From the NCBI GenBank assembly GCA_030620115.1, contig JAUXFG010000001.1, positions 9,677 through 73,676 on the forward strand: a stretch of 64,000 bases of DNA, in the 5' to 3' direction. The notes under the pieces were generated by a model. The model did not search any database, was not told where the DNA came from, and saw nothing but the letters and a program-made list of their open reading frames with translations. The translations under genes and the position numbers were made by a program. Position 1 is the first letter of the stretch. Every line of letters begins with the position of its first letter. Source of the stretch: Candidatus Fermentibacterota bacterium (GTDB lineage Bacteria > JAFGKV01). Shown here piece after piece: positions 27,391 through 36,520 of this stretch.

Positions 27391-29309
27391 GGGCGAAGCA
27401 AGAGCACCTGAATGTCGTGCTGGGCATCCTGGTACCCCACCTCAAGCTCTTCCCCTCTCATCATATCAAGACCTTTGCACACCCCCGGTTCACACCGTCT
27501 GAAGAGCTCATCAACATAGATGGCCTTGACATCTCTTGTCAGAAGCCACCCGAGCAGGTCGCGGCGCGATGTGAGTTTGCGGGGTTCGGGAAATATGGGG
27601 ATATAATCCAAGCGTGCCATGATCACGGGAGCCGGAGAGTAGGAAGCCACATTCGAACCTGCAGGGAGATGGCTGGCCAAGAAGAGAGCCGCCTGCTCGT
27701 TGGGAGCTGTGCCCAGCTCCGGGATGGAAGGGATGGAGCAGCGAGCTGGGCGGCAGAATAGGCTTTGGAGGGTAAGCAGGAATACTATGCCATAGGAGCC
27801 AATCGAGGTTCTGACTGAGTGTCTCAACGTGCCCCCATACCGATCCGATAGAATCCATATGATCGACAAGCCAAGCAGGAAGACCACGGCCGGGGCGAGC
27901 AGGCGCTTATTGACAGTGCCGAGTGCATAGATGATCAGTCCGAGCATTACGGCGCATGCTATTACCCGCTCTCGTCTCTGGTTTATTGTGGCGAATAGCG
28001 CGGCCGAACCAATGGCAGCAAGCACAAATACGATGGCGCAAGGCAGAAGGAAGTACCCCTCCCTGAAGAAGGTCACCAGGTAGGCCAGGAGATGCAAGGG
28101 CCACGCGAGCATGATGAGGAGAACGGACCATGCCCGTCTTCTGGCGAGTGCGACGATTCCGCGGACTGCGAGCAGGAGGAGCAGCGCGCCTGTTCCGTGG
28201 AGCCCCTTGCCATAGGCCACGAAAGCTTGAGCCGGCATCTGGAGGATTACATGAGTGATACGTTGAAGAAACGCCCTTGGATTCCTCCGGATGGCCTTGA
28301 GTACGGAATAGTTGTTATCCTCAGGCGTACCATAGAGATCCCGCGCCAAGGCATATCCCTCTACATAGGGATTCTCCGCCTCGCAGAGAGGACCATAAGC
28401 GACCCCTTGGCCTTGCTCAAACGCGTCGTAGAGTCTACGCTTGGTACCAACCTCGAACTCTCCCGAAAGCAACCCGACGAGCGCGATATATCCCCCAACT
28501 ATCACGGCGAATGGCGCCACGCATGCGGCGACTGATCCGAGCGTTTTCCCCCGTGCGCCATGCAGGAGAATCACAAGTATCAGTGCGGTGATGAAGAGAA
28601 GCAGCCCGTCATTCCGACAAAGTGCCGCCATGGAGATGAATACCGCGCAGATAACGAGGTGTTTCCTCAAGCCGGTGGCGGAGAACCTCAGAAACTGCCA
28701 GAGCGCAAAGGCGGAGAGAGCCGCGAAGAGCGCATCGCTGGAGTTATCCAGGATGCTCAAGAGACTGGGCGTTACCAAAAGAAGGAGCAAAGGCATGAGG
28801 GGCGATACGATGTGCTTGAGTTCGCGGCTGATGACGTAGGTGCCAAACCAAAGGAAGATGAAGATGATGATGCGGCCAAGCGCATAGGCATGCATGAGCC
28901 AGAATGGCGATTCTTGAAAAGGGATGATCGCCAGCGCCCAGAACGCGGCGACAAGCGGGTTGGATGCGTAGGTGGGGAATTCCCCGTGGAGCAGCAGCCG
29001 GCCATTGTTGAGATAGTAGGCTTCATCGAACGACCAGATGTCGGTCAGAGTGGGAAAGAAAGCGCGGAAGGTGAGAGCAAAACCTAAGGCGATGAGCAGA
29101 GCGACGCATATGGGTGGGCAGTCCCCGGGGATGAAAACATTCGATTTCCCCGGCGTTTGGCTATCGGGGATCCTACTTGATGTTCGCGTCTTGTTAGGCA
29201 AATCTATGGCCTCGCGACAGGGCTCCCTGCCATGGAAACGGGGAGCTCCGGATCTTGTCCGTGGCGAACAGGCGTCCGAGCCAACTGGGCAACCCCGAGA
29301 TCTTTCCAC
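27378..29309 (-). CDS. GT-C fold glycosyltransferase (PMT/ArnT, GT39/GT83-like) polytopic membrane protein
   Basis: At least 12 TM helices and a DE motif in the first extracytoplasmic loop (IWSFDEAYYLNNG). The track start at 29309 overlaps paralog 2, so the real start is probably an internal non-ATG codon. Confidence 0.55.
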   Translation of the reverse strand: MERSRGCPVGSDACSPRTRSGAPRFHGREPCREAIDLPNKTRTSSRIPDSQTPGKSNVFIPGDCPPICVALLIALGFALTFRAFFPTLTDIWSFDEAYYLNNGRLLLHGEFPTYASNPLVAAFWALAIIPFQESPFWLMHAYALGRIIIFIFLWFGTYVISRELKHIVSPLMPLLLLLVTPSLLSILDNSSDALFAALSAFALWQFLRFSATGLRKHLVICAVFISMAALCRNDGLLLFITALILVILLHGARGKTLGSVAACVAPFAVIVGGYIALVGLLSGEFEVGTKRRLYDAFEQGQGVAYGPLCEAENPYVEGYALARDLYGTPEDNNYSVLKAIRRNPRAFLQRITHVILQMPAQAFVAYGKGLHGTGALLLLLAVRGIVALARRRAWSVLLIMLAWPLHLLAYLVTFFREGYFLLPCAIVFVLAAIGSAALFATINQRRERVIACAVMLGLIIYALGTVNKRLLAPAVVFLLGLSIIWILSDRYGGTLRHSVRTSIGSYGIVFLLTLQSLFCRPARCSIPSIPELGTAPNEQAALFLASHLPAGSNVASYSPAPVIMARLDYIPIFPEPRKLTSRRDLLGWLLTRDVKAIYVDELFRRCEPGVCKGLDMMRGEELEVGYQDAQHDIQVLLLRPELR

Positions 29310-30451
29310 TCCCCAAGGTCAGCCCCGACCAATAGCTTCTCCAGTACCTCAGCGAGCCGCGTCGCCACGATATCATGGCCCTTTGGATGGAGATGGCAGA
29401 AATCAAGGAGGTACTCGTGTGGAACCAAGGACAATGGTGAGCTACTAAGATCCTCAATCTTGATGATTCCCCATCCTCGGTTGGTTGCCAGTCGCTCCAC
29501 TTTTGAGCGTCCGGCTCTGAATCCTTCTGGATCCCAGTTCTTTGGATGCTCGCTACGAGTGTGTTCCAGAATGATCACGACTCGCGCTCCCTGGACCTCG
29601 GCCGAATTGCCGATTTCTCTGAAATTCTCTTCCGTCTCGGAAGGCGAGTCTCGATGAATTCTCACAGGATTCCATCTCTCACGAAACAGAAAAGAAAGCC
29701 CTTCAGGATTGCGGCCAGTTCTCCGCCATTCCAGTAGTTCGCCGACGTACCGGTTGAGGAGAAGGAATACGTTTGAATGCATGAGGAAATGCTTCACACG
29801 ATATGGAGGCGACATATTCGTGCGGAAGCTCTCCCTGTCGCTCCTGTTAAACAGCCAGCTATCGTTGATGCCAGCACAGACAACAACAATCTCGGGTCTG
29901 AACCTGGTGAGGCCAACTCTCTTGAGGTATTGGAGTACCTGAAAAGATGAGAACCCGACTATGCCGGCATTGATGAGCTGTACATCTTCGAGGCCCGAGC
30001 GTCTTGAAAGGAGTTTCTGCGCTTTGTTGGAGAAACGTTCAGCCTCGAACACGAGACTCCCCCACATGACGGAGTCTCCCAGGAGGAGAACATTCCTTCT
30101 TGCCTGGGACTCGTCGATTTCGTTTCCGCGGAGCCCCAGACTGTTTGTCCGCACCTCGGGCGTTGCGCATACTGTGCCACGAATATGGGGCCGTGGCCAC
30201 CAGAACAGCCTTGGATGATAGATGGACAATGGTTCTCCCGTCTCAATCACGAAATTGCCGCGGTGCTGGGTGAAGAATACCGGATTGAAGTCATGCGGGG
30301 GGCATGCTCTCGTCCGCAGACATTCCATCCATGGTGGCGACACGATGCGGAGCCCAATCTCCATTCCAAGGAGGAGCAGCACAGCGGGAGCAACCGAAAA
30401 AAGGAGTTTCTTCCATTGCACAAGCTTCGCTACATTATTCCTATTGCTCAC
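29204..30451 (-). CDS. membrane-anchored SGNH/GDSL-family hydrolase (paralog 2)
   Basis: WMECLRTRACP, LLLGDSVMWG, GINDS and DFCHLHPKGHD. It has the same architecture as paralog 1 plus a ~40-aa C-terminal extension. Confidence 0.7.
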   Translation of the reverse strand: MSNRNNVAKLVQWKKLLFSVAPAVLLLLGMEIGLRIVSPPWMECLRTRACPPHDFNPVFFTQHRGNFVIETGEPLSIYHPRLFWWPRPHIRGTVCATPEVRTNSLGLRGNEIDESQARRNVLLLGDSVMWGSLVFEAERFSNKAQKLLSRRSGLEDVQLINAGIVGFSSFQVLQYLKRVGLTRFRPEIVVVCAGINDSWLFNRSDRESFRTNMSPPYRVKHFLMHSNVFLLLNRYVGELLEWRRTGRNPEGLSFLFRERWNPVRIHRDSPSETEENFREIGNSAEVQGARVVIILEHTRSEHPKNWDPEGFRAGRSKVERLATNRGWGIIKIEDLSSSPLSLVPHEYLLDFCHLHPKGHDIVATRLAEVLEKLLVGADLGEWKDLGVAQLARTPVRHGQDPELPVSMAGSPVARP

Positions 30452-30542
30452 TGAGACGGTCCTTTCGCGTCGACGAAGGGATATTGGTGAAAAGCACTCC
30501 TGGGCGCGGTAGTCCAGCTAACACTGCTGAGAACCGGGAGAG

Positions 30543-31673
30543 CTATGTGCCCGCCACAGGTAATGAGAGCGTATCGTCATTTGTACTTGTCATCAGCTCG
30601 TCAATCCATCCCTCTTCGATGATTCGGGTTGCGACACACTCAGCGACGCGGCGGTTTCCTTTTGCATTGAAGTGACACTTGTCTTGTGGATAGTTCTTCA
30701 TGATCCCATCTTCAGGCGCCGTGCGGTACATGTCTCGAATATCGACGAGGACCAGGGAGTCTTCTCGCTCGAGACGCTGGAGCATGGCATTGTAGAAGTC
30801 AAGTGCAAGATCATGTCTTGCATGCTGCCGCGTGATGGCCAGGAATCGTGCTCCCCTGTGTTCACAGTAGGCTTTGGCTTTCTTGATGTTCTCGAAGTAC
30901 TGGGGCGGATCGACCCGCCGTGGATAATCGAGTGAGTGCTCCCAGGGCCTTTCCTCTATGGTACTGTTAGGGACCAAGTAGAGGGTACGTGTCCATCGGA
31001 TGAAGGCACTCTTGTCAAGGAGATGGCGCAGCGTGTACATGGGACCGGCATACAGTCGTGCGAATATGCGATCGCAATAGCCGTTGGCTGGCGCATTGTC
31101 GTTACTGCCTCCCCAGTACACCACGATGTCAGGCTTCACGCGGTCGAATTCCCCGCGCAGGATTTTCAGTGTCTGGTATGAACTATGGGCGGGAATGCCA
31201 AGATTGAAGGAGGCCATTCTCTGGGTGTCATATCGCTCGGCCACCAATGAAACCAGTACATCAGGGAAGCTCTTGCCCGGTGGTGACGACCAGCCCAATA
31301 CCATGGAGTCGCCCAAGAATATCCATCGAATCGCGTCGACTCCCTGATACCGCCAGGGTGTAGTGCGAAAACCCCAGGAGTCGATTCTGATCGTTTTTTT
31401 CTCGCCGGGTTTCATGCCGGCTTTGAGCTCGATATCGGGCTTGAGGGTCCAGAAGTAGCGCTGATGCCAGACAATCTTGCCCCGTACACCGGCGAGTCCC
31501 CGGCACCGAAATACCACTGGGTCGTGCAATGCCATTCCCGGGAAATGGAATGCCCGCGCCACCAACTCTCCTGCAAGAAAAAGCACCGGGAGCGCCAAGG
31601 CGACTATGGTGAAAAATCTGGTGATTCGCCACATCCTCATATTCCTTTTCCGGGGAAGAATCCGCGCTGCCAC
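30543..31673 (-). CDS. membrane-anchored SGNH/GDSL-family hydrolase (paralog 3, divergent)
   Basis: IFLGDSMVLGWS, WGGSNDN and DKCHFNAKGN blocks, with an N-terminal TM helix. The start may be an internal Met (MRMWRIT...). Confidence 0.6.
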   Translation of the reverse strand: MAARILPRKRNMRMWRITRFFTIVALALPVLFLAGELVARAFHFPGMALHDPVVFRCRGLAGVRGKIVWHQRYFWTLKPDIELKAGMKPGEKKTIRIDSWGFRTTPWRYQGVDAIRWIFLGDSMVLGWSSPPGKSFPDVLVSLVAERYDTQRMASFNLGIPAHSSYQTLKILRGEFDRVKPDIVVYWGGSNDNAPANGYCDRIFARLYAGPMYTLRHLLDKSAFIRWTRTLYLVPNSTIEERPWEHSLDYPRRVDPPQYFENIKKAKAYCEHRGARFLAITRQHARHDLALDFYNAMLQRLEREDSLVLVDIRDMYRTAPEDGIMKNYPQDKCHFNAKGNRRVAECVATRIIEEGWIDELMTSTNDDTLSLPVAGT

Positions 31674-31856
31674 ATAGGCCGGTTCCGATCAATCTAACGG
31701 CGCAATGTGCCGACGCAACGATAGATGTGCCGCATTGTTGAGTATTCTCCCATGGAGATGGATCATGGCTCAGTCCCGGCAAAGTGGACTCTGCCCATTC
31801 TCAGCCTTAGCTTCCCAAGAGAGCAATGAAGAGAAGTACCACGAAGGAGTTGGGCC

Positions 31857-34190
31857 ATGACTAGTCGTCTTGCTTGTATGATCGTTGCCGCCATGCTCTG
31901 TGGGTCGGCACCTGCGATGACCCTTGTGGAGGAAGCTACGGTTGCCGGTGACTCCCGGGAAGCCGGGTTCGAGGCAGTACAGCTCGCGCTACGAGGAGTC
32001 ATTGATTCAGCGGTGGTGAAGACCATTGGCCCGAGGCTTGCCCAGCGTTTTCGGCGCGAGCTGGAAGCCCACATCCATGCGAGACGAAGGGCGTTCATTT
32101 CCCATTACCGAATCCCGTTTCTCGTGGATAAGCCCTATGATGGGATCACCACGAGAAAGGTCTCTGCCGAAGTCTCTCTGGAAACGTTGGCCGACACCCT
32201 CATCGCCATGGGGCTGGCCTGGCGAGATCCTGAGGGAAAGGTGGCAGGGTGCCGCGAGGTAGTGGTGAACTTCGCCGACTTTTCACCCCATGATGCACTT
32301 GCCCTGGCAAATGAGATCGAGGGCAGTGGTCTTGTGGCCCGGAACCTGGGCACAGTCGAGAAAATGGCGGGTCCCCAGATGCGCTTCTTGATTTCCGGCT
32401 CCCCATGGGACCTTGCCAGGTCTCTCGCTCAGCTTAGCGCGGAGCGGTTCTCTGTTGGTGCGGTTGCGGGAGATGTCATCGATTTGATCGCCGGCGGGGA
32501 CTTGGCTATCCGGCCTTCGGACGAACGAGAGAATCTTCCACCGCTGGAGATTATGGAGCTCTGGATTGATGAGCTTTTTCCGGCACGCCATCCCCGCTAT
32601 GCACATGAGGCTGTAGGGCGGCTGGTTGTGGCGAACCATGGCGCCCATGCCGTCAGCCATATGGATGTCGAAGTAGAGTGCCCCGCATTCCTCGAGGTGC
32701 CATGGGTGATGCATGCCGGTCCCATTGCTCCCGGCACGATCGATTCCCTGCTCCTCCTGATTCCTTTCTCAGGCGCGCGGCTTATGGCGGTCAGGGATGA
32801 AACACAAACGGTGGTCAGAGTGACCTTGACGTGGAGCCGGGGAGGAGAGGAAAAGCAGCGTGCCGCCACCACGACAGTGACTGTTCACAGTCGCAATGCC
32901 GTGGATTGGAACGATGTGAGATCCGCGTGTGCATTTGTCACGCCAAGTGCACCGGTAGTGGAAGGCGTTGCCAGAAGGGCAATGTCCACTGCGCTCCAGG
33001 GCCAGCAGGATCTTCCGGGAAGCCTTGCCAGGGCGTTCAAGATCGTGCAGGCGCTTTCGTCGTTTGAACTTGCATACACGCCCGATCCTCCCTCGCCGGT
33101 GAGTGCGGCATACGATCATATGCAATTCTCCAACGAAACGCTGCGCCTTGGGGCAGGTGATTGCGAGGATACCGCCGTGCTCTTAGGATCATGTCTGGAA
33201 AATGGGGATCTGCCGGTCCAGCTGCTTCTTACCCAGGACCATGTCTTTGCCGCGTTCAACACGGGCTTGTATTCCAAGGATGGCTTTCTGATCTCTCCTG
33301 ACCGGGAGCGATTTCTCGTGTTGGACGGGAGAATCTGGTTGCCCATAGAGACGACACTGTTGAGCCAGGGCTTTCTTCGGGCCTGGAACGAGGGTGTCCA
33401 AACCTATCGCGCTTTGGAGAAGACAGGCGATTATCTCGAGCGGGTTGATGTACGCCGGGGGTGGCGTATCTATCCTCCTGCAGGAACTCCCGGCGACGAC
33501 GGCTTCACCAAGATGCCCGATATGGCGGGGGCTTCGGCTGAGCTGCGTGCCTTGCTCTCTGCCAGGAGGAAGGCGGTGGCGGAGGTAGAGGAGCGGCTTC
33601 ATGCAGCGGTCAAGGCGCATCCCGAAGATTGGGAGTCGCTCTATAGACTTGGGGTGCTATTGGGGCGCGAGAGCAGGGCTTTCGAAGCTCTCGAATCGTT
33701 CAAGCGTATCCCCGATGGGGTGGCACTTGGCGCGCAGGCGCGAATCGGTGAAGGGAACAGTTACTTGGTTGAGTCGAAGGTTGAGTCTGCGTTGGTCAAG
33801 TATCGCCATGCCGTGGAGCTGGATCCCGATAGTCCTGTGGCGCATGTGAATCTTGGGGTGGCCTACTACCTGGGTGGAGATGAAGAGGGAGCGGTGGAGA
33901 GCTTTGCCTCGGCGGTGGACCTGCTCCCGGGAGAAGAGAAGTCGCTGGCCCATCTGCTGGGAGTGGATATCGAGGAGCTTGGCACCAAAGCTGCAGATGC
34001 ACGGCAGAGACAAGCACTCTCCAAGGGTGAACTCAGGGCGCTCATGGACAAGGTACGAAAGAAGAAGGAATGGAAAAGGCTTGCGGACCGCGGCCCGAGC
34101 CGTCACAAGTTCGCGGGAAGGAAGGCGCTGGATCCAGAGCAGCGGCTTTGTGCAGAGCGGCTCGTGTTTTGGCCCGAGATCGAAGGGTAG
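31857..34190 (+). CDS. secreted transglutaminase-like (papain-fold Cys/His/Asp) domain protein with C-terminal TPR repeats
   Basis: Signal peptide. A GAGDCEDTAVLLGSCLENGDLPVQLL...DHVFAAF...LDGRIWLPIETT arrangement resembling the TGase core. TPR-like helices in the last ~200 aa. Confidence 0.45.
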   Translation: MTSRLACMIVAAMLCGSAPAMTLVEEATVAGDSREAGFEAVQLALRGVIDSAVVKTIGPRLAQRFRRELEAHIHARRRAFISHYRIPFLVDKPYDGITTRKVSAEVSLETLADTLIAMGLAWRDPEGKVAGCREVVVNFADFSPHDALALANEIEGSGLVARNLGTVEKMAGPQMRFLISGSPWDLARSLAQLSAERFSVGAVAGDVIDLIAGGDLAIRPSDERENLPPLEIMELWIDELFPARHPRYAHEAVGRLVVANHGAHAVSHMDVEVECPAFLEVPWVMHAGPIAPGTIDSLLLLIPFSGARLMAVRDETQTVVRVTLTWSRGGEEKQRAATTTVTVHSRNAVDWNDVRSACAFVTPSAPVVEGVARRAMSTALQGQQDLPGSLARAFKIVQALSSFELAYTPDPPSPVSAAYDHMQFSNETLRLGAGDCEDTAVLLGSCLENGDLPVQLLLTQDHVFAAFNTGLYSKDGFLISPDRERFLVLDGRIWLPIETTLLSQGFLRAWNEGVQTYRALEKTGDYLERVDVRRGWRIYPPAGTPGDDGFTKMPDMAGASAELRALLSARRKAVAEVEERLHAAVKAHPEDWESLYRLGVLLGRESRAFEALESFKRIPDGVALGAQARIGEGNSYLVESKVESALVKYRHAVELDPDSPVAHVNLGVAYYLGGDEEGAVESFASAVDLLPGEEKSLAHLLGVDIEELGTKAADARQRQALSKGELRALMDKVRKKKEWKRLADRGPSRHKFAGRKALDPEQRLCAERLVFWPEIEG

Positions 34191-34195
34191 CGCTC

Positions 34196-36130
34196 GTGGC
34201 GATACCCAGGGCGTATGGCTGGTCTGCCGCCGGTGTCATGGCTGTGGGGTGGGTACTGGTGACATGTGCGCTCTCGCCTCTCATCCTGGAGGACTTGGAG
34301 CTTCGCGTTTTTGATCTTTTTCAGCGTTTGGAAGGTATCGATGAAGCCAAACGAGACGATATCGTGCTCGTCAATGTGGACGATGCGACCATCTCTGCCT
34401 TTGGATGGCCGGTGCCTCGTATAGTTTGGGCTCTGTGGCTGAATAATCTGAATGAATTCGGCCCTCGCCAGATAGGATTCGATCTTTTCCTGACACATCA
34501 CCTTTGTGATCCTGCGGAGGATACATTGTTGGCGGCGACCATGCGCGATTCCCGCCCCGTTATTCTCGCAGTCGGGCTGGCATTGCCAGAGGAGCAGAAT
34601 TACCATGAGATCGTGGTGCTCGACAGCGCGGATTTGTCTCTTGTATCCCCGTGGCCTCAACGAGAGGGGTTGGCCTTCGACTCGCGGATTCTCCACTCGG
34701 ATGTGGTCACCGAACGGCCGCTGCCTGTGCTCTTGGACTCGGCATGGGGAGCAGCCAATGTGGCATTGGATCCGGACGGCGATGGTGTGATCCGTCGGGT
34801 TCCACTGTTTACCGAGTTTGCCGATCGGTTGGCGCCGAATTTTGCGCTATCACTCTTTCTCCAGCGGCGGGGCATTGGCCTTGGCGAGCTCACCCTCATA
34901 CCCGGAATGGAACTCATCATTCCCGGAACGGCGCCGATACGTTTGGACTCCAAGTCGCGGATGATTCTGGACTATGTGGGTGGACCGGGCTCTTTTCTCA
35001 CGTTCAGCTTTGTCGAACTCCTCGATCTCTTGGATCGGGCTCTCTCTGATGGGGACGAGAAGGCCATGGAAGCGCTGAGATCGATTCGGGGGGCAACGGT
35101 CATCCTCGGAGTAACCGATCCCTCCCTCATGGACTTACCCGCCACTCCGGTGCATCCCCGATTCCCCGGTCCTGAGATACAGGCCACCGTTCTGGACAAT
35201 CTCCTGAGGGGCACGCACATAACACGGACGGGCTGGAAGGTGGAACTGCTCCTTGCATTCCTTCTCTCGCTCCTCGCGTCAGCAGTGGGGTTACGACTTC
35301 GTCCCGCCACGGGGGCCGCCGTAGTTATTGTCGTGGCAGTAGTCTTCTTGGTGGCCGTTTTCCTGCTTGGCACGCAGCACAACCTATGGGTTGGATCTGT
35401 GGCTGCTCTAGTGGCCGTCGCAGGGAGCTATGGCGCCAGTGTCACCCTTGAACGATTGGCGCGGGAGAAGGAGCAGCGGCTTGTGAAGGATGCGTTCGGC
35501 AAATATGTGTCGCCGGCCGTGCTCAAGGAGCTCCTCCACGATCCCAGTTCCGTACTGAGTGGGGCGGGACAGAAGAAAGACATCACGATCATTTTCTCGG
35601 ATGTAAAGGGCTTCAGCAGACTATGTGAAGAGCACGAGGCTACGGCGCTCCTCACGCAACTCAATGAATATCTCTCGGAGATGACCGAGATCGTGTTCAT
35701 GCATGGGGGGACTGTCGACAAGTTCATGGGTGACGGGCTCATGGCCTTTTTTGGCCATCCGGCCATCCTGGATGATCATGCTGCAAGGGCAGTCCGCGCG
35801 GCCGTTGAGATGCAGCGGAGGTTAGGGGAACTGAGGAAGCGGTGGGAAGAGGAAGGGAGACTTCAGTTCCGCATCAGGGTTGGGGTGAACTCAGGTCAAG
35901 TCATAGCCGGGAGTATGGGTGGCGCCGGAAAGATGGATTATACGGTCTTCGGGCGAAGTGTAAATCTGGCACAGCGTCTCGAGGCTGGTTGTGATACCGA
36001 TGGTGTGCTGGTGAGCGAGCGGACGCTCTTGGAAGCTGGATTGGAAACAGACCAGGCGCAGGCGAAAACCATCCATGCGAAGAATATCGGAGAGGTGACG
36101 GCCTTTCAACTGCCTATGGGGGTTCCGTGA
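34196..36130 (+). CDS. CHASE2 sensor domain - class III adenylate/guanylate cyclase
   Basis: N-terminal TM helix and a CHASE2-like periplasmic region. Cyclase core motifs IIFSDVKGFS...GDGLMAFFG...RIRVGVNSGQVIAG. The start is taken at the GTG just after the upstream stop; the track ORF begins at 34070 inside the previous gene. Confidence 0.75.
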   Translation: MAIPRAYGWSAAGVMAVGWVLVTCALSPLILEDLELRVFDLFQRLEGIDEAKRDDIVLVNVDDATISAFGWPVPRIVWALWLNNLNEFGPRQIGFDLFLTHHLCDPAEDTLLAATMRDSRPVILAVGLALPEEQNYHEIVVLDSADLSLVSPWPQREGLAFDSRILHSDVVTERPLPVLLDSAWGAANVALDPDGDGVIRRVPLFTEFADRLAPNFALSLFLQRRGIGLGELTLIPGMELIIPGTAPIRLDSKSRMILDYVGGPGSFLTFSFVELLDLLDRALSDGDEKAMEALRSIRGATVILGVTDPSLMDLPATPVHPRFPGPEIQATVLDNLLRGTHITRTGWKVELLLAFLLSLLASAVGLRLRPATGAAVVIVVAVVFLVAVFLLGTQHNLWVGSVAALVAVAGSYGASVTLERLAREKEQRLVKDAFGKYVSPAVLKELLHDPSSVLSGAGQKKDITIIFSDVKGFSRLCEEHEATALLTQLNEYLSEMTEIVFMHGGTVDKFMGDGLMAFFGHPAILDDHAARAVRAAVEMQRRLGELRKRWEEEGRLQFRIRVGVNSGQVIAGSMGGAGKMDYTVFGRSVNLAQRLEAGCDTDGVLVSERTLLEAGLETDQAQAKTIHAKNIGEVTAFQLPMGVP

Positions 36131-36520
36131 TTCCGCACGGAACTGAGCTGCCGCTTCCCGCCGGGATGACAGAAGACAGAGGACAGCCATATGGAGTGCG
36201 GCGACATGTCGCCGCTTTGTTTCTCCGTGCCGTGTCGCGGAATCTGAAAGCGGCCTCGTGCGGCCGCACTCCAAGATTCTGTCATCGGAGCTTATCCCGC
36301 GCGGTACGCGGGATTGGTAATCTCCGCCCCACTAAGCGCTCATGGGGAAGCAGAGCGGTGTGCTCCATGAGCGTGAGAATGAATCAGTGTAGCTTCTCAA
36401 TAGATCCGTGCAATATCGGAAAAATCCCCCTCAATCCCCCTTTGCAAAGGGGGAGAAGGCCCGGATGCACGGACTTATTGAGAAGTTGCGAATCGCAAAG
36501 GCGCGTGAGGGGCTGGTAGC

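Noticed and set aside
34103-34696. 197-aa - strand ORF
   Set aside because: Antisense to the CHASE2-cyclase gene.
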